From Gemmatimonadota bacterium (GTDB lineage: Bacteria; Latescibacterota; UBA2968; UBA8231): 58,947 bases of DNA. The notes under the pieces were generated by a model that saw only the letters and a program-made list of their open reading frames with translations, was not told the DNA's origin and searched no databases. The stretch lies in contig JAYPJE010000022.1 of assembly GCA_038128265.1 (NCBI GenBank), positions 1 through 58,947 on the forward strand, given 5' to 3'. The translations under genes and the position numbers were made by a program. Positions 55,740 through 58,947 of this stretch are shown piece after piece (position 1 is the first letter of the stretch; every line of letters starts with the position of its first letter).

Positions 55740-58700
55740 TCAGCGAATGCGCTTTAGCACGCGCATGCCGAATGTGCTCAGACGCACATCGGGGGCAAAA
55801 AAGGCCCGCGCGGCCGAGCGCGTCATTTCGGCGCTAAGCAGCGCCCCTCCGCCGCGCAGCACGCGGTCGCTTCCCACCGCTGGCCCCTGCGGGTCGGTCT
55901 GGTCGACGGCAGGATACGCAGCATAGCGATCCTGCACCCATTCGCTGGCGCTGCCGTGCACGTCGTACAGATCCCACGGATTGGCTCGCTTTGAGCCGAC
56001 GGCATGCGTTATCAGCTCGCTAACGACCGGGGGCACGGTGCGCGTCCACGCGTAGTCTACCAGCATGGATTCATCGTCGCCAAACGACCAGCGCGTGCCG
56101 GTGCCAGCGCGCGCGGCGTACTCCCACTCGGCCTCGCCCGGCAGGCGGTAGAGCGAATCTCCGGCCGCCGCATTAAGCGCTTGCACGAAGGCCTGCGCAT
56201 CGCTCCATGAGATGTAGACAGCTGGATGGCGACCATCTTCCAGCACGGCTGGCTGGCCGGACCAGGGCGCCGTGCCCATTACGGCGCGCCACTGGGCCTG
56301 CGTCACCTCATACTGGCCCAGATAGAAGTCGCTCGACAGCGTTACCTTCCGCTGCGGCCCCTCGTCTTCTAGACGCCCCACTTCGGTAGCAGGCGATCCC
56401 ATCGAAAACGATCCGGCGCGCACCAGCACAAAGTGCATATCTACGCCGCCGGGCAACGCATCCACCACGCTTAGCGGCAGCACCTCCTCGCGGGCCGTCG
56501 TATCGATCAGACTCGGGTCGCATGGTCGGGCAAAAGCCTCGGTAAATGCAAAGAAATCGCTGAAATCGACGCGGCCGTCGCCGTCGAGGTCAAAGCGGGT
56601 CGACGCCGTCTGACCAAAGGCATCGCCAAAGAGGAATAGATCGGCAAAGTATACGCGGCCATCGCCGTCGAAATCGGCGCGACAGGCCAATGACAGACCA
56701 ACTTCTTCTACGTCAAAGAGGAAGGGCGTGGGATCCGCACCATCTACGGTGCGTCCATCGGCACGCCGCGTGTGCACGTCGACGCTCAGCCCGGTAGCGG
56801 CGGCCGGGTTGACTACGTCGGCCAAGACCAAGGCATAGGATCCGGCCGGCTCGTTGGCTAACACCTCGACGACCAGCGTGCTGCGCGACGACAGGCCGTC
56901 CACCCTGGCCAATGGCCCAGCACTCGGCCCGCGCGAAGCCTCATCGAGGCGCGCCTGGCTCAGATCAAATCCCTGCGGAAAACGCAGGGCGATCTGGTCG
57001 CCGGCCCTCAGCGGCGATGCCGTGCTAAAATCTACTGCCACCGCCCCGCGCCGATTGGCCTGGCGTTCTGCCAGTTCGACGCGCATCAGATCGACGAAAC
57101 CGCTGGCCCGATGCAGAGGTCCGACGACCGGCTCTCCGCCGCTCCACGCCGGCAGACCGCTAACTTGTCCAGCTCCCCCCTGGAGGCGCTCTACTACAAC
57201 CCGCACTTGGTCGGCCGCGGCCAGCGCCGCAGAGAATTCGCCCACCACTAAGTAGTGCACCGTGCGGCCGCTGGCCAGCGCCGGCGCGGCCAGCGTCAGA
57301 TCGACCCGTCCCTGCGCATCGACAGCGCTGGCGGAGACGACGACGGAGGAATCACCGCTGTCTACTGTAGCATCCGCTGCCGCATCGATCCGCACGTCAA
57401 TGGACCGTAGTGCACCGGCGGCCCCACCGAGCGTCTCCACGCGCAGCGTGGCGCTCTGCGGCGCAATGGCCTCGCCGCGCGCCTCTAGGGCGAAGGACGC
57501 CAGCGCAATCGTCGGTCCACCCACGCCAGCTAATCCACCCAACGCATCCTCGAGCACCGCTCCAGGCCGCAGCAGCAGCTGACCAACCACGGCTATGCCG
57601 GGCGGATTATCTGCAGGTTGATCAACGAGAGCACCAGTGCTGCTGCGCGAGTAAACGACAATGCGCGCGTCGCGCTGCGCCGCCTCGGGCAGGATAACGC
57701 GATCCAGCTCTAGAACAAAGTCACCCGCCTCTTCACGCTCCGCCAAATCGAGTATGAGCATCCCGGACAAACTGTCGGCGCGCAGCGCAGGCAGCGCTCC
57801 TGAGGGGGTAGCGACTCGGGCCAATTGGGCGTTGCCCGTGCCAAAGCCCGGTGGAAACTCCAGGACAAGTTCATCGCTGGCACCCAGTGCCGTAGCCGTG
57901 CGAAAACGCAGGCGCACGGCCGCCACCGCCCCAACGTGGGCCGGCTGCACGACGACGCTATCCACTCGCATTTTGCCTATGCCGATAAGACTGAGCCTTA
58001 GCGGCTGTGCATCATCGGCATCGATGACTTGCCCATCGGCACGCCGCGTGCGCAAACCGATGTTCATCGGACCATCCGCCGTGCGCGGATTGCCGACGTC
58101 GCTCAGGACAATCTCGTAGCGCCCCTTGGTTTCGGCGGCCGCCATTTCGAGTAAGAGTGTCTGCCCTGAAGACTCGGCGGCACGGCGCGGGTCCGAACCG
58201 CTGGGGGTGCGCGTCGCCGGATCTACACCGGCAACCGATAGGTCAAAGCCACTCGGAAAATCGATGGCAATTTGCTCGCCGAGCAGCAAGTCGCTCACGG
58301 TATCAAAGACAATCGTTACCGCGCCGCGCTGGCCCGTGCGCGGGTTTTCCAACGCGGCGCTAATCGCATCAACGGCACCGGTTACCGTATGCACGCGCCC
58401 CTCCACTTGACTGACGGGCTTGGCTGGGGCAACGCCCGTGCCCAAACCGTTGCCAACGCGTAGCCCACTCAGATCAATGCGCAGCCAGTCCGTTGCGCGC
58501 AGCGTTGGTTCGAGCTCGGCAACAATGAGGTAGTGGCGCAGCGTATCGGCCGGGAGCGTATCGCGCACCGCGGCCAGCAGTTCGACCCCGCTGCCGGCGG
58601 CAGCCAGTCCCTTTACCAACACGGACGCTTCGCTGCTATCGACGCGCCCGTTGGCATTGGCGTCATATACGACGTCGACCTTGCGCACTTCCTCGCTGCT

Positions 58701-58947
58701 AAAGCCCTCAAAAGTTGGTCGCAGCCTATATTCTTCAACCGGCACGCGTTCGCCTTCGGCACGCAGGGCAAAGGCGTTTAGGACGATGGCGCGCCCCCCC
58801 ACACCGGCCAGACGGTCGAGGGCATTGCGTGCCACTAGGCTGTCCGCTGACAAAACGGCCAAGCCCCCCGGCAGGGCGACTCTACTGCTCAGCACCGGCT
58901 GGAACGTTCCGCTGCGGGCTTCCAGGAGAATAAAGTCTGCTCTATTA
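55740..58947 (-). CDS. Large secreted-type protein (5' end outside window): repeated beta-sandwich modules, dockerin, C-terminal FGE-sulfatase/SUMF1 (CLec-fold) domain
   Basis: Frame stays open to the window edge; ADFDGDGRVYFADL...FDLDGDGRVDFSDFF dockerin; FSMGS, YEVTQAQW, HPAVYISWSDA, YRLPGEAEWEYAARAG, NPWDLYDVHG..SEWVQD, RVLRGG. Confidence 0.85.
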   Translation of the reverse strand, partial: NRADFILLEARSGTFQPVLSSRVALPGGLAVLSADSLVARNALDRLAGVGGRAIVLNAFALRAEGERVPVEEYRLRPTFEGFSSEEVRKVDVVYDANANGRVDSSEASVLVKGLAAAGSGVELLAAVRDTLPADTLRHYLIVAELEPTLRATDWLRIDLSGLRVGNGLGTGVAPAKPVSQVEGRVHTVTGAVDAISAALENPRTGQRGAVTIVFDTVSDLLLGEQIAIDFPSGFDLSVAGVDPATRTPSGSDPRRAAESSGQTLLLEMAAAETKGRYEIVLSDVGNPRTADGPMNIGLRTRRADGQVIDADDAQPLRLSLIGIGKMRVDSVVVQPAHVGAVAAVRLRFRTATALGASDELVLEFPPGFGTGNAQLARVATPSGALPALRADSLSGMLILDLAEREEAGDFVLELDRVILPEAAQRDARIVVYSRSSTGALVDQPADNPPGIAVVGQLLLRPGAVLEDALGGLAGVGGPTIALASFALEARGEAIAPQSATLRVETLGGAAGALRSIDVRIDAAADATVDSGDSSVVVSASAVDAQGRVDLTLAAPALASGRTVHYLVVGEFSAALAAADQVRVVVERLQGGAGQVSGLPAWSGGEPVVGPLHRASGFVDLMRVELAERQANRRGAVAVDFSTASPLRAGDQIALRFPQGFDLSQARLDEASRGPSAGPLARVDGLSSRSTLVVEVLANEPAGSYALVLADVVNPAAATGLSVDVHTRRADGRTVDGADPTPFLFDVEEVGLSLACRADFDGDGRVYFADLFLFGDAFGQTASTRFDLDGDGRVDFSDFFAFTEAFARPCDPSLIDTTAREEVLPLSVVDALPGGVDMHFVLVRAGSFSMGSPATEVGRLEDEGPQRKVTLSSDFYLGQYEVTQAQWRAVMGTAPWSGQPAVLEDGRHPAVYISWSDAQAFVQALNAAAGDSLYRLPGEAEWEYAARAGTGTRWSFGDDESMLVDYAWTRTVPPVVSELITHAVGSKRANPWDLYDVHGSASEWVQDRYAAYPAVDQTDPQGPAVGSDRVLRGGGALLSAEMTRSAARAFFAPDVRLSTFGMRVLKRIR

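Noticed and set aside
55740..55900. Diversity-generating retroelement acting on the FGE/CLec C-terminus
   Set aside because: No reverse transcriptase gene and no second near-identical copy of this segment seen in the window.
29221..58947. Classical cellulose-degrading cellulosome
   Set aside because: No recognisable GH, PL or CBM3 modules in the dockerin-bearing proteins and no long tandem-cohesin scaffoldin; only the docking modules are shared.
1..58947. CRISPR array, tRNA/rRNA genes, transposases or integrases
   Set aside because: Intergenic gaps are short and no repeat-spacer pattern, cloverleaf or recombinase motif was seen by eye.

Overview
GC-rich bacterial chromosomal segment. Gene content (FCB-type lipoproteins, FlgD-Ig/T9SS-like C-terminal tails, yicC-coaBC-UDG-dnaB order) suggests an FCB-group organism such as Latescibacterota or Gemmatimonadota; this is inference only. 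The left half (1-29 kb) is mostly housekeeping and envelope genes: M19 and M32 peptidases, an enolase-family enzyme, glgP, yigZ, obg, dnaB, UDG, coaBC, yicC, a peptidase-propeller-Omp85 fusion with a BamB-like partner, dapF, a phosphorylase/SPL-like radical SAM/SDR operon, an M48 protease, a CE4 deacetylase and a GH73 protein. Oddities there are a DapF with both catalytic Cys replaced by Ser and an archaeal-type cytidylate kinase where gmk-rpoZ usually sits. The right half (29.2-58.9 kb) is the most striking part: seven consecutive giant secreted proteins built from cohesin-like, dockerin-like, Ig-like and beta-propeller modules, with no recognisable carbohydrase domain. Five end in a FlgD-Ig/T9SS-like tail. 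Four of them form a diverged tandem duplication of a two-gene module, split by an intrinsic terminator and a sigma-54-type promoter. The two paralogous scaffolds differ sharply in D-(S/T)-(A/I/L/V/M/T) O-glycosylation sequon content (about 24 versus about 1 by manual count). This looks like a non-cellulosomal cohesin-dockerin surface assembly with two separately regulated versions. No rRNA, tRNA, CRISPR array or mobile element was seen. All domain calls come from manual motif reading, not from database searches.
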